Source: Octopus vulgaris (taxonomy: Eukaryota). From it: a DNA stretch of 64,000 bases. The notes beneath the pieces are model-generated. The model was not told the origin of the DNA. It made no database searches and saw only the letters and a list, made by a program, of their open reading frames with translations. A program made the translations under genes and the position numbers. Positions 15,218 to 27,586 of this stretch are shown here, piece after piece. The DNA is taken from the NCBI GenBank assembly GCA_951406725.2, contig OX597815.1, positions 17,112,001 through 17,176,000 of the forward strand, read 5' to 3'. Each line of letters opens with the position of its first letter. Within the stretch, counting starts at the first letter, position 1.

Positions 15218-15260
<43 letters not shown>

Positions 15261-15494
15261 CACATATACACATACTCATACATACACACACACATATATA
15301 CATACACACATATACATATATATACAAATACACATACACATACATGCCTACATGCAAGCACACGCACACATATCTCTACACATATATATATAAAAATATA
15401 TACACACCCATACACACACACATATATATATATATACATATATATATATCTATATATGTATACATGCACATATATACACACACATTTCCTCCCT

Positions 15495-15705
15495 TATTTT
15501 ATTTTTATTTTTATTTTTATTTTTATTTTGACCTCTTCAGAGTCATAAAGGGTGTAATATATGACCTACCTACCCGCCGACACACATTTAGTGGCGCTGG
15601 AGTAGACGCTCCCCAGGGTGCCAGCAGGACTAAATGAAATACCCTGCTATGTATTGAGTACCTTATTAACTGTGGTTAACCCCGACTCAACCCGGGACCT
15701 ACATA
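15495..15705 (-). mobile_element. 3' end of an unidentified non-LTR retroelement with a structured UTR
   Basis: GC-richer segment ending on the minus strand in an (AAAAAT)n tail; contains several complementary blocks. Confidence 0.45.
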
Positions 15706-15764
15706 TATATATATATCTCCTAACAACTCTTGTCCTGTACATGGACACATGGACACATACACAT

Positions 15765-16305
15765 TTCCTTTGATGTCTGTCGGCACTATCTTTGATCTCT
15801 GTCGGCACTCCTCTTTGATTTCTGTCGGCAACCTCTTTGATCTCTGTTGGCACTCGTCTTTGATCTCTGTCGGCAATCCTCTTTGATCTCTGTCGGCACT
15901 CATCTTTGATCTCTGTCGACACCATCTTTGATGTCTGTCGACACCATCTTTGTTCTCTGTCGGCACTCCTCTTTGATCTCTGTCGGTACTCCTCTTTGAT
16001 CTCTGTCGGCACCCTCTTTGATCTCTGTTGGCACTCCTCTTTGATCTCTGTCGGCACTCCTCCTTGATCACTGTCGACACCCTCTTTGATGTCTGTCGGC
16101 ACCCTCTTTGATGTCTGTTGACACCCTCTTTGATCTCTGTCGGCACTCCTCTTTGATCTCTGTTGGCACTCCTCTTTGATCTCTGTCGGCACCCTCTTTG
16201 ATGTTTGTCGGCACCCTCTTTGATGTCTGTCGATACCCTCTTTGATCTCTATCGGCACTCCTCTTTGATCTCTGCCGACACCCTCTTTGCTCTCTGTCAG
16301 CAACC
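15765..16305. repeat. Minisatellite, 20-21-bp unit CTCTTTGATCTCTGTCGGCAC(T)C, about 26 copies
   Basis: Directly visible tandem units with A/G and C/T variants. Confidence 0.95.
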
Positions 16306-16633
16306 TCTTGTGTGTGTGTGTGTATTGCAAGTTCCGTTTCAAACTGCAGTATATTTCTTTCGTGCCAGATGGTCAAATCAATGCGCAGATAAGCTCGTTA
16401 GATATTCTATAAAAAAAATTCTTGAAGTGGTGTTACAGGGGAAAATGACAACGAAAAGATAGAAAAATAGATAGGAAGAATAGAATGGGGGAGATAGGGA
16501 AAAGAGAGGGGGAGAGAAAGAAATGAGAGAGAGAGAGAGAGTGAGAGTGAGGGAAAGATAGAGAGAAATGTGAACGTAGGTGACACATAAAATATTTTTT
16601 TGAGAAGAACATGGCGGCAGAAAACAAAATAAA

Positions 16634-16941
16634 TATGACATAAGGGGGATCAGCCATCTGAATGTGGCTAGGGTCAGGGCGGGGTGGTGGGGGTGTTACT
16701 GATGCATTTAGCCCCAGGCGAACATCAACGTCACCAGAAGAGCTGACACCATCTCGGTGTCTTTGCCAGCCTGCAAAGGGAGATCAGCCTCCCCGAAGAT
16801 ACGGATACTACATACGGACCAGTTTCGAGGTTATTGCCTCTTGTCAACGTATGGTAAGCACCGCTCTTCGTTGAGGGACTTCCTCTACAGGCTGGATATA
16901 TAGATTTTCACATTCAGATGGCTGATCCCCCTTATGTTATA
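16634..16941. mobile_element. About 310-bp element with about 33-bp terminal inverted repeats and an internal hammerhead motif
   Basis: TATGACATAAGGGGGATCAGCCATCTGAATGTG ... CACATTCAGATGGCTGATCCCCCTTATGTTATA. Confidence 0.75.
16811..16853 (-). ncRNA. Degenerate minimal type-I hammerhead ribozyme
   Basis: Minus strand: CAUACG UUGACAA GAGG caauaa CCUC GAAAC UG GUC CGUAUG; perfect stems I and II, core two transitions away from CUGACGA. Confidence 0.65.
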
Positions 16942-17194
16942 GAGCAGTTACTGTTTATATCTCGCTCAGAGATTTATTATTGTTTTCGAAAATAAATATG
17001 GTTGTGATGATAATGACAACTACATCGTGGAATTTATTAACTCAGGATGCTGTTAAATGAACTTTGAATTTATTTCATGAGATGTCAAAGTTTACAATGA
17101 CACAATTATAATTTCACATCAAAAGTGATAATAAACTTCGCATAATGATAGTGGAAATAATTGCTACAACAATAATATATCTGAATATTATATA

Positions 17195-17600
17195 GGCGCA
17201 GGAGTGGCTGTGTGGTAAGTAGCTTGTTTACCAACCACAAGGTTCCGGGTTCAGTCCCACTGCGTGGCACCTTGGGCAAGTGTCTTCTGCTATAACCTCG
17301 GGCCGACCAAAGCCTTGTGAGTGGATTTGGTAGACGGAAGCTGAAAGAAGCCCGTCGTATATATGTATACATATATGCGTGTGTGTGTTTGTGTGTATGT
17401 GTTTGTCCCCCTAGCATTGCTTGACAACCGATGCTGGTGTGTTTATGTCCCCGTTACTTAGCGGTTCGGCAAAAGAGACCGATAGAATAAGTACTGGGCT
17501 TACAAAAGAATAAGTCCCGGGGTCGAGTTGTCGATTAAAAGGCGGTGCTCCAGCATGGCCGCAGTCAAATGACTGAAACAAGTAAAAGAGTAAAAGAGTA
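17195..17600 (+). mobile_element. SINE family A, full length
   Basis: GGCGCAGGAGTGGCTGTGTGG head to AAGTAAAAGAGTAAAAGAG tail. Confidence 0.92.
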
Positions 17601-18909
17601 TTTCTCTAGTTTCCAAGAGAGTTCAAAATTAAAACGCTGCAGTCAAAATAATGTATGTGGTAGAAAGTTGGAATAAAAAAGGTGGAATAAAATATGGAAG
17701 TATATGCTTGAGAAAGAGGGACTGGACTGTTATGGATAGATTGAGTTATCATCGTATTGATATTTTATTAGATCTTATTTATTTCGCATTCTTTTCAGTA
17801 TGATCTCGTACGAAATTTTGAGTCACAAGATAGTAAAACATTATATGTTGAAGCTTATGAAAGCTACTTCTCAGTGATTTACTGACTTCAGTTATTTTCT
17901 TCAGTTGTTGGTTAGAAAGGCAACCAATGGTTTCATGTGGGAACACTTCACAATTGTTCAAACAGCCATATTGAAGTGTTGGTACTCGCCCCCTCTTTTA
18001 GATATGAAATTACACGAGACTGAACGGGATGCAAACATACACACAAACACACTCACTCACACACACACACACGCACGAGAGCTTCCTCCTTCAGAAATCA
18101 TCTAGACAGAATACCAACAAAAGCATAGCAGTCACAATTGAGGCCAATTAAAGAAATTTGGGTAATTTAAGAATTAAGGAAACTATACTCATACACAGAC
18201 TAGGGCACCAAATTAACAACAGGCTGGAGGTTGGTAATTAATGCATTATTTAGATACATCTGGATGCGTGTAGATTCATTTTTGATAATATGCTCATCTG
18301 TAGTTTATAACAAAAAAAAAAAAAGAAGAGAAGAGAAAAAAGAAGGGAAAAAATTCTATAATTTCTGTACATGAAATTAGAAAAAATATCAGTTCATATA
18401 ATTCTCCGCCCAATATATTTGTATATACTGCTTTAGCCAAATTATTTACATTACCAAAGAAATCTGTACCTCGCAAAATAAGAACCATCGTATCTTTAAT
18501 AAAAATAGGATTAAACAATTATAATTCTACCAACTTAAATACTTGCCTTCATATTTATATGCGTTTATTCAAAGACAGTTTTCCAATGTAATGTTGACAC
18601 GAGAAACTGAACCAAAATTTATAAAATTGTGAATAGTAAAATTCATAAAATTACAAGTAAAATGACATAACTTTCGATCTTTTTATATTCCGTTCTAACC
18701 AGTAAACGCATTTCTTTTGAATACCGGAAGCAATGTTACCTTATCTATACAAATGACAAAACAGTATAACAGCAAAGATCTATGACAATATCTTTGCAGT
18801 GACATTTAACTTCAAGAAACGTTCAGAAAAAATAAACTATTGCCAACCATAAATATTTTTTTCGAGAATCAAAAATATCCCAATAAATTTATACCTACAA
18901 ATATAACAA

Positions 18910-19305
18910 CGCAGGAGTGGCTGTGTGGTAAGAAGCTTGCTTCCGAACCACATGGTTTCGGGTTCAGTCCGAATGCGTGGCACCTTGGGCAAGTATCTTC
19001 TGCTATAGCCTCGTGTCGACCAAAGCCTCGAGAGTGGATTTGGTAGACGGAAACTGAAAGAAGCCCGTCGTATATATATATATATATACATGTATATGTG
19101 TGTGTCTTTTGAGTGTCTGTGTTTGTCCCTCTACCATCACTTAACAACCGATGTTGTGTTTACATCCCCATAACTTACCGGTTCGGCAAAACAGAGTAAT
19201 GGAATAAGTACCAGGGTTATAAAGAATAAGTCCTGGGGTCGATTTGATCGACTAAAGGCGATGCTTCCGTATGGCCGCAATCAAATGACTGAAATAGGTA
19301 AAGGA
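18910..19305 (+). mobile_element. SINE family A, diverged
   Basis: Collinear with the other copies. Confidence 0.88.
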
Positions 19306-19386
19306 ATAATGCACTCTATTTTTAACCAGCTTTATTCATGTTCGTGGTCTGATCAATAAATATCCGGACTGTCCCTATAGTAACGA

Positions 19387-19425
<39 letters not shown>

Positions 19426-19429
<4 letters not shown>

Positions 19430-19925
19430 TAGACATTATCTGAGAGAAATTTTCTTTAAGTCAATTGTGGATATTATAATTCATTTCTCTCTGTCATTTT
19501 GCCTCGGTTCTCACCGTTAAAATATAATGTTTGCTAGATAACCCACGTGGGTGGAAGGGGAGAGTACGAAATCTTCGCTTGCACATTTTGAATTTGTTGG
19601 TACTGGCAGTCTGAACGGGTCATCTGAGGTGATAAGTCGCCAAAGGGTATGTTCTTTATTTTTAGTGCTTCCAAATCCAAAATAAGAAATGTTGAGCTGA
19701 CGAAAGAAATGCTGAGTTTATTTGGCTAATCTAGAAACGTTAACGTTCTCAAATAATCTTTGTACTTGTGATATTTTTCTGTTTTTACCTCCATACCTTC
19801 GTGAGTTATTTTGAGTAAACATTATCTGAGAGAAATTTTCTTTAAGTAGTGGAAATGGCTAAAAAACTTTTTTTGGCTGCTATTTCTAGAAAGTTCAGTA
19901 TGTGGCAAAGTAATTTATTTTACTA
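19426..19925 (+). mobile_element. Penelope-like terminal-repeat fragment between (TA)n tracts, with a 35-bp direct repeat
   Basis: GAGTA(G/A)ACATTATCTGAGAGAAATTTTCTTTAAGT at about 19427 and 19813; hammerhead motif between them. Confidence 0.55.
19692..19752 (+). ncRNA. Type-I hammerhead ribozyme motif
   Basis: UUGAG CUGACGA ... GAAAC GUUAAC GUU CUCAA; 5-bp stem I, palindromic stem III, decayed stem II. Confidence 0.6.
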
Positions 19926-19934
19926 AGCCCTAAT

Positions 19935-19991
<57 letters not shown>

Positions 19992-21210
19992 CACACAAAT
20001 ATATATATATATTTGTGTATGTACCTTTACAAGAAATTAAATGTATCGCATAATACTTTACGGTGCATATTACGTATATCTGCACGAATATTTTCATCCG
20101 CTTTTCATGAATACATAAATATATGCATAGATGTCACAATATCTCTACCGGCGTAAATCTATTTTACTATTATTTATTTTAGTTCATATTTTCCTAAACT
20201 GTATATCATTTGAGTTCATGTTTGTGTTTACTTATGTATAAATACGCATAAATCCATAAGTACCGCGTCTGTTAATTTTTTGCATTTGCATTTGTTTTCG
20301 GTTATATATTTACATATTTCTTCGCAGAATTTTTACTTTACAGAGACATATAAATCGAATATATTTTCTCTGAATGTGTTGAGCACATTTTGTCATGCAT
20401 ATACGATGTTATGCCTTTATTCATATTTTAGCATACGCTGGTGTGTGTACGTGCTATCCGTTTATAATTATGTACATGCGCAAATACGTGTATTCATACA
20501 CAAACAAGCATACATAATACACGCGTCGAATTCAACCGTGTATGATTAGAAAACTATTCTGTCTTATAGTTAATCCAATCCTATAAAAATGTTGATGTGT
20601 AGACAATCTTATTAACGTAAGAAAGAACTGGTTATCTTCTGTGCAAAAAGACAAAGAAATACCTGTTTAAAGAAGATCGTAGCAATAATCAATCATCGAA
20701 ATAAAACTGATAAGTTAAACGTGATAATATGCATCATAACTATACAGTAAAGTGAGTTTAGCCATTGCAGGTCATAAAACTATGAAGAGAAATTCGAATG
20801 GAGTTTTGAATTGAACAAGATCTGAATCTATTATTAAAAAAAGTTTACAGAAGATCTCACGATTGGCTATGTGAAGGGAACGAAATGCCATCGGGAGGGT
20901 GGTAAAATATCTCAACAACCCATATTTTAGTGCAAAGCAATCGCGACAAGTTACATTTGTTGAGAAAAAAATAGTCTGTTGTATTTAGCAAAATTTACCA
21001 TGAAAAGTGCATAGTAAATAACAATATCAGCAGCCCAGTAGATTCTGAGAAATTCCTCGAAATATGACCCACGTCTAAAAGAAAATTTATAGCAATAACA
21101 CAGGGATGGTACCACTGTCATTACATGAACACGTTTACGAACAAACAGAAATAAGCGAAACTTACAAACAGCTCAAAAACAGCTAGAGACAAAGTTTAAA
21201 GCAGCATATA

Positions 21211-21624
21211 GGCGCAGGAGTGGCTGTGTGGTAAGTAGCTTGCTAACCAACCACACGGTTCCGGGTTCAGTCCCTCTGTGTGGCATCTTGGGCAAGTGTC
21301 TTCTGCTATAGCCCCGGGCCGACCAATGCCGTGTGAGTGGATTTGGTAGACGGAAACTGAAAGAAGCCTGTCGTATATATGTATATGTATATATATATGT
21401 ATGTGTGTGTTTGTGTGTCTGTATTTGTCCCCCTAGCATTGCTTGACAACCGATGCTGGTGTTTACGTCCCCGTCACTTAGCGGTTCGGCAAAAGAGACC
21501 GATAGAATAAGTACTGGGCTTACAAAGAATAAGTCCTGGGGTCGATTTGCTCGACTAAAGTCGGTGCTCCAGCATGGCCGCAGTCAAATGACTGAAACAA
21601 GTAAAAGAGTAAAGAGTAAAGAGT
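21211..21624 (+). mobile_element. SINE family A, full length
   Basis: Collinear with the other copies. Confidence 0.92.
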
Positions 21625-21873
21625 ATATTGTTTATATTAGCAAACAACTAAATGATAAAATGATTATGGCAGTGGGTGGTAGAAAACTTACGGACATGGT
21701 GAAACCCGTAATGAAACATGTTCCCAATGAACACCCAGCACCAATAGAATTCCTCAAAATGGAATTGAATGTCCGTTTTTACAGAGGTGCAATTGCCTTC
21801 CGCCGATAGAAGGGAGTAAGATCATTAACAGAAATGAGAATGCGTAATCATCATGTATTATTTCTTTCCAGTG

Positions 21874-22212
21874 AGGGCGCGTGGCTTAGTATTATCATTA
21901 AATGAAAAGGGAATAATGAATTCTCGAACTACCAGTTGTGAATTTCGCAGAGTGGCTGTGTGGTAAGTAGCTTGCTAACCAACCTCATGGTTCACGGGTT
22001 GCTCCAGTCCACTCAGCTGGCAAAAATGAGTTGTACTTGTATTTCAAAGGGTCAGCCTTGTCACTCTCTGTGTCACGCTGATTATCCCCGAGAACTACGT
22101 TAAGGGTACACGTGTCTGTGGAATGCTCAGCCATTTGCACGTTAATTTCACGAGCAAGCTGTTCCGTTGATCGTATCAGCTGGGACCCTCGTCGTCGTAA
22201 CCGGCGGAGTCT
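21874..22212 (+). mobile_element. Chimeric SINE (tRNA-type head, captured flank, family A head, family D body)
   Basis: GGCGCGTGGCTTAGT head, then 62 bp duplicated at 22282-22342, then GAGTGGCTGTGTGGTAAG, then a distinct GTCCACTCAGCTGGCAAAAATGAGT body ending at a T-run. Confidence 0.65.
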
Positions 22213-22980
22213 TTTTTTTTTTAATTTCTTTCCAAAAGAACATAGATTCAGGAAGAAAAAAAATACTTCTGACAATTAGATATTATCATTAAATGAAAAG
22301 GGAATAATGAATTCTCGAACTACCAGTTGTGAATTTCGCAGACTATCCAAAACCTATGGGAACTACCAACGAGAGAGAAACACATAGGTAGAATAATTAC
22401 CCTTAATCACGAGCGGTATGTTAGAAGCTTTGCTATCGTAAGCAATTATAAGAATGTAGCACAAGTTTGTGTTAAATCCACAAACTGGAGGTCGTATCAA
22501 GAAACACCCGTATAATGAAGGTTGTATATATATCCCTACTCCGAATGATCTAGAATAATTTGCAGTGGATACATCTGGCTTCTATCTGGTAAATACTATC
22601 GATTAATATTGTGAAGGTTTGTAAAACAATTCGAATATCTCCCATTTGAGTTGCTTGAAATGAGCAAATTCAGGCAAGCACATCTGTTAATCTGACACAT
22701 ACCGAAGAACATGTACATCCTAACACAAGTCTGAATCTATCCTCAAATACTCTTAAATACATGTACAATGTACGCACTAATTCAATAGGAAATCGTCATA
22801 AATGTCTTGACTCAAACAATAAAGCCTTGTTAGAAACCGACTTGAATTTCGTGAAGAATTTTAAACAAAACTCAAAGGAAAGTTATATACTCGAATCACT
22901 AATTATTTCTAAACATTTCATATTTTTTTGTTCTTCTGTCTTGCCGTTTCTTCCCTCAGACTTAAATTATATTTCGGTAA

Positions 22981-23841
22981 GGCGGCGAGCTGGCAGACAC
23001 GTTAGCACGCCGGGCGGAATGCTTAGCGGTATTTCGTCTGTCGTTACGTTCTGAGTTCAAATTCCGCCGAGGTCGACTTTGCCTTTCATCCTTTCGGGGG
23101 TCGATAAATAAAAGTACCAGTTTCGCACTGGGGTCGATGTAATCGACTTAATCCGTTTGTCTGTCCTTGTTTGTCCTCTTGTGGGTAATAAAGAAATAGG
23201 TATTTCGTCTGTCGTTATGAGTTTTCCGCCGAGCGACTTTGCCTTTCATCCTTTCGGGGTCGATAAATAAAAGTACCAGTTTCGCACTGGGGTCGATGTA
23301 ATCGACTTAATCCGTTTGTCTGTCCTTGTTTGTCCCCTCTATGTTTAGCCCCTTGTGGGTAATAAAGAAATAGGTATTACGAGCTGGCAGAATCGTTAGC
23401 ACGCCAACCGGAATGCTTAGCGGTATTTCGTCTGCCGTTACGTTCTGAGTTCAAATTCCGCCGAGGTCAACTTTGCCTTTCATCCTTTCGGGGTCGATTA
23501 ATATAAGTACCAGTTTCGCACTGGGGTCGATGTAATCGACTTAATCCCTTTGTCTGTCCTTGTTTGTCCTCTCTATGTTTAGCCCCTTGTGGGCAATAAA
23601 GAAATAGGTATTACGAGCTGGCAGAATCGTTAGCACGCCGGCCGGAATGCTTAGCGGTATTTCGTCTGCCGTTACGTTCTGAGTTCAAATTCCGCCGAGG
23701 TCGACTTTGCCTTTCATCCTTTCGAGGTCGATAAATAAAAGTACCAGTTTCGCACTGGGGTCGATGTAATCGACTTAATCCCTTTGTCTGTCCTTGTTTG
23801 TCCTCTCTATGTTTAGCCCCTTGTGGGCAATCAAGAAATAA
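22981..23841 (+). mobile_element. SINE family B tetramer
   Basis: Four head-to-tail units; a single TSD ATATTTCGGTAA at 22969-22980 and 23842-23853. Confidence 0.92.
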
Positions 23842-24949
23842 ATATTTCGGTAACCATAAATTTTATCAGCTTTATTATAAGTAACTTGTGCAAACATCTT
23901 GTCATTGTTCTGACCTACCGTTTTTTGTTCTAATTACACACACATTCTAACTGCATACTTCAAAATCGTTGTTCATTATTTACTCATTTATTTATTCCGA
24001 GTTTTTTAATAATAGAATTAAAAGCGGGCATAATTTCAACGTTTTCCTATAATTTCAATTCAAGTGTCTTCTAGGAATGATTTCAGTTTCTGTTATAAGA
24101 TATGAAATAACTATGAGGTATTTTTAAAAATTTAAACTGATGAAGGATCATATCTATAAGCATCGATGAACTTCTTTAACCTGAACTAGTTACTCACATT
24201 GCTAGTTTGATAAGCTTTATCTATTACTTTAATTTATAAGAAAATTTAAATTCAAACACCATCTATTTTGGGGTCATCTAGTCACTCCCTTACACGCGTA
24301 TATGCATTTAAGTATATACGTGTGCGAATGTTTCAGTGTATCCGTGTGTGTGTGTGCATGCATGTATGAGTGCACGCGATATTGTGCCAAACACGGTTTT
24401 AATGCTTTTGATAATGCTTTCGTGGTTAGAAACTAAAATCTAAGGATAGAAACAGCTAAAATCAATTGCTAATTAAACAATTAGTAAATAACCATTTTGC
24501 AAGTAAGGAAGTAAAGATAATTAGTTTATAATCAGTGCTGAAACAGTTACGTGAAGCAGTTTCCTGGGGGCGGATAATTTTTAATAAAAGAAGTGAAAGC
24601 CAAAAATCTCTTGCATAACTAGAAATTACCAAAATGCACAGTGTTGAAATTTCATGAGTAATTAGTAACGAAGAACATAATTAGAAATTAGTGTAGTTTC
24701 TAAAAGAAACAAAAGCTTTTGGAATAAAATCAAATCCCATTTTAAGAATGAAACAAACCCAAATTTGGATTTAATTGTGTAAATTACGAATAAAACCAAA
24801 ATTATTGAAGTCCTGGATTGCCAAATACTGCGACGATGAAATCTTATGACTGACAAAGTAGTTTCCGGAGTAATTATATTTTTGTTGTCCCGGTTTAAAA
24901 TACAAGGTTGAAGAGATAACATTGTTAAGAAATCAACATGTCGGCTATA

Positions 24950-25503
24950 AGGCGGCGAGCTGGCAGAAACGTTAGCACGCCGGGCGAAATGCGTAGCCGT
25001 ATTTCGTCTGCCGTTACGTTCTAAGTTCAAATTCCGCCGAGGTCAACTTTGCCTTTCATCCTTTAGCGGTCGATAAATTAAGTACCAGTTACGCACTGGG
25101 GTCAATATAATCGACTTAATCCGTTTGTCTCTTCTTGTTTGTCCTCTCACTCACTCCCGGCCCTCTCTCTAACAAACTAAAGCGTAACGTGCGAACGAAC
25201 GAGCTAGAAGAATTATAATATAGATGGAAAGAGAGGTCTATTGTCTATTAAAGAAATATAATTATTGGTAAGGTGGCAAGCTGGCAGAAACGTTAGCACG
25301 CCGGGCGAAATGCGTAGCCGTATTTCGTCTGCCGTTACGTTCTGAGTTCAAATTCCGCCGAGGTCAACTTTGCCTTTCATCCTTTAGCGGTCGATAAATT
25401 AAGTACCAGTTACGCAGTGGGGTCGATGTAATCGACTTAATCCGTTTGTCTGTCCTTGTTTGCCCCCTTTGCGTTTAGCCCCTTGTGGGTAGTAAAGAAA
25501 TAG
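24950..25503 (+). mobile_element. Two SINE family B copies (24950-25147 and 25271-25503)
   Basis: Family B consensus; both carry the variant CCTTTAGCGGTCG; second copy has an AGAAATATAATTATT TSD. Confidence 0.9.
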
Positions 25504-26895
25504 AAATATAATTATTAGCAATCTTGTGGATGGGACAGTAAGAGAAGGAGAGCAGGTGCAATATGTTTTAAATGCGCGCGATTGGTAGAATTGTGGAGAA
25601 TCAGTTAAATATCGTAAAATATTTTACTTGTTTTCTAATGTCCAAATGTCTGAGATATTTTGTTGCTAATGCATGTAAGAAGGTGTGGGCGATACCCGAG
25701 CCAGTTAAAAATAGTTGAATATTTTACTTCATGTCCAAATGTCTGAGATATTTTGTTGCTAATGATATAATATTCGGGACCAAAAGCATAAAATTAAAAG
25801 AATTTCATCTCTTCAGTAGGCCTCAAGAGACTGAAAAAGTATTATCTTGTTTCATAAGATAAGCACAGCGGCCTTGTATTAATGGTCAAAATTAATAAAA
25901 ATAATAATTTTTCGGAGTATTTACATCATCGTTAGCGATGAACATGTTAAAAGTATTGGTATGAAATAACTAGATGGATAAATCTGCTATCCATGCGTCA
26001 TAAGATATCTTTTCTAGGTATGTTTATTTTATACTAGTCTTTTATAGCAATCGGCTATAGGCCAATTACTTTTGGGGCTTTTCTTCGTGTACGGTATAAT
26101 TCCATTAGTATTTCCTACAAGCTATATTGATCATGTAATTTCCTTTGAATAATATTCGTCAGGAATCCGTTCCCCCCCCCCCCCTTCGATTTCTAGTATA
26201 ACAAATGACTTGTCCGAATATAGCGAAGATATATAGGTTGTTAAGTCTAAATATATTAACCAATTTTCAAAACGTATACACCGTGTTGATTAAGACGTAA
26301 AATGCTGCCTTGAAACGTTGCTTTTATCTACAAAATAGATTTTCAAATTTTCGTTTATTTTTCTTTTAACTAACATTACAATATCAACAGATATGTTAAA
26401 AATAATGGACTTTTTCTACGCTGTATTTCATGCACATGCTCGATTTTTCTCTTTTCAACAGACAAAATTGCAGTGCAACAATACTTACCCAGAAGAAACC
26501 TCTAATTAAGCCGTGGTGATTTTAGCAGCAGAAAAGAGAAAGCGGCGAAGAAAGATAATATTTGAGTCAGAGAATTAACTCTTCAGCTGCCCAATATCAT
26601 CGAAATAACATCAGGACTCATCCAAATTATTATACACATCCTGCAAGTAAAAATAAACTTTGTGATGATCATGCTAAGCTAACAATTTTGCTACGAAATA
26701 TGTTTATCAACGTAATTGATCATAATAATAGGATCTACGAGAAGTGGGAAAAATATTTTCTGATGCAAGAGAGGAAGAAAAAACAGAAAGGAACTGCTCA
26801 AATATGTTCGTTAATAAACGGTTGTAGCCGCATAAAGTTTTCTTTCTGAATAGATTTTTGAAAATGTTGAAGAAAGTCAAGCAATCTCTCTTTCG

Positions 26896-26993
<98 letters not shown>

Positions 26994-27044
26994 CCATCTA
27001 TCTATCTCTATCTATCTATCTATCTATCTATCTATCCATCTATC

Positions 27045-27082
<38 letters not shown>

Positions 27083-27285
27083 ATATCTATCTATCTATAA
27101 ATGCATATGCTTACGAGGGTTTACATATATATATATGTGTGTGTATGTTTTGTATACATGTATATATGTATATGTTTTGTATACATGTATATCTGTGTGC
27201 ATACGTGTGTATGTATGCATATATACACGTGTGTACGCATATATGCATGTGTATTCCCACTCCCTCTATCTCATATATATATATG

Positions 27286-27586
27286 TGGAGGCGCAATGGC
27301 CCAGTGGTTAGGGCAGCGGACTCGCGGTTGTAGGATCGCGGTTTCGATTTCCAGACCGGGCGTTGTGAGTGTTTATTGAGCGAAAACACCTAAAGCTCCA
27401 CGTGACCCGGCAGGGTGTGGTGGCGAACCCTGCTGTACTCTTTCGCTACAACTTTCTTTCACTCTTTCTTCTGCTGGCCTGCTCGCTTAGCCAGCGAGGT
27501 GGCGTCATTCGACGGCTAAAGCAATGCGAAGCGCATTGTGACCAGCGATGTGTATCAACAGCTGATAGCCTGGTCGGTCACGGTGA
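27286..27586 (+). mobile_element. tRNA-derived SINE family C in (TA)n
   Basis: GGCGCAATGGCCCAGTGGTTAGGGCAGCGGACTCGCGG head with A/B-box-like motifs; second copy at 36619. Confidence 0.88.

Noticed and set aside
15647-16376. 231-aa and overlapping repetitive ORFs; possible CRISPR-like array
   Set aside because: Minisatellite with unit length often not a multiple of 3, no unique spacers, eukaryotic context
22981-23841. CRISPR or tRNA gene array
   Set aside because: The units are copies of a dispersed SINE with no spacers and no full cloverleaf
25621-25764. About 35-bp direct repeat
   Set aside because: Real but looks like an ordinary small local duplication with no element features
26488-26641. 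Minus-strand exon with TTGCAG acceptor and GTAAGT donor
   Set aside because: Stops in all three frames; could only be non-coding and has no other support
27286-27360. Functional tRNA gene
   Set aside because: The acceptor stem does not close and the sequence continues into a SINE body that is repeated at 36619
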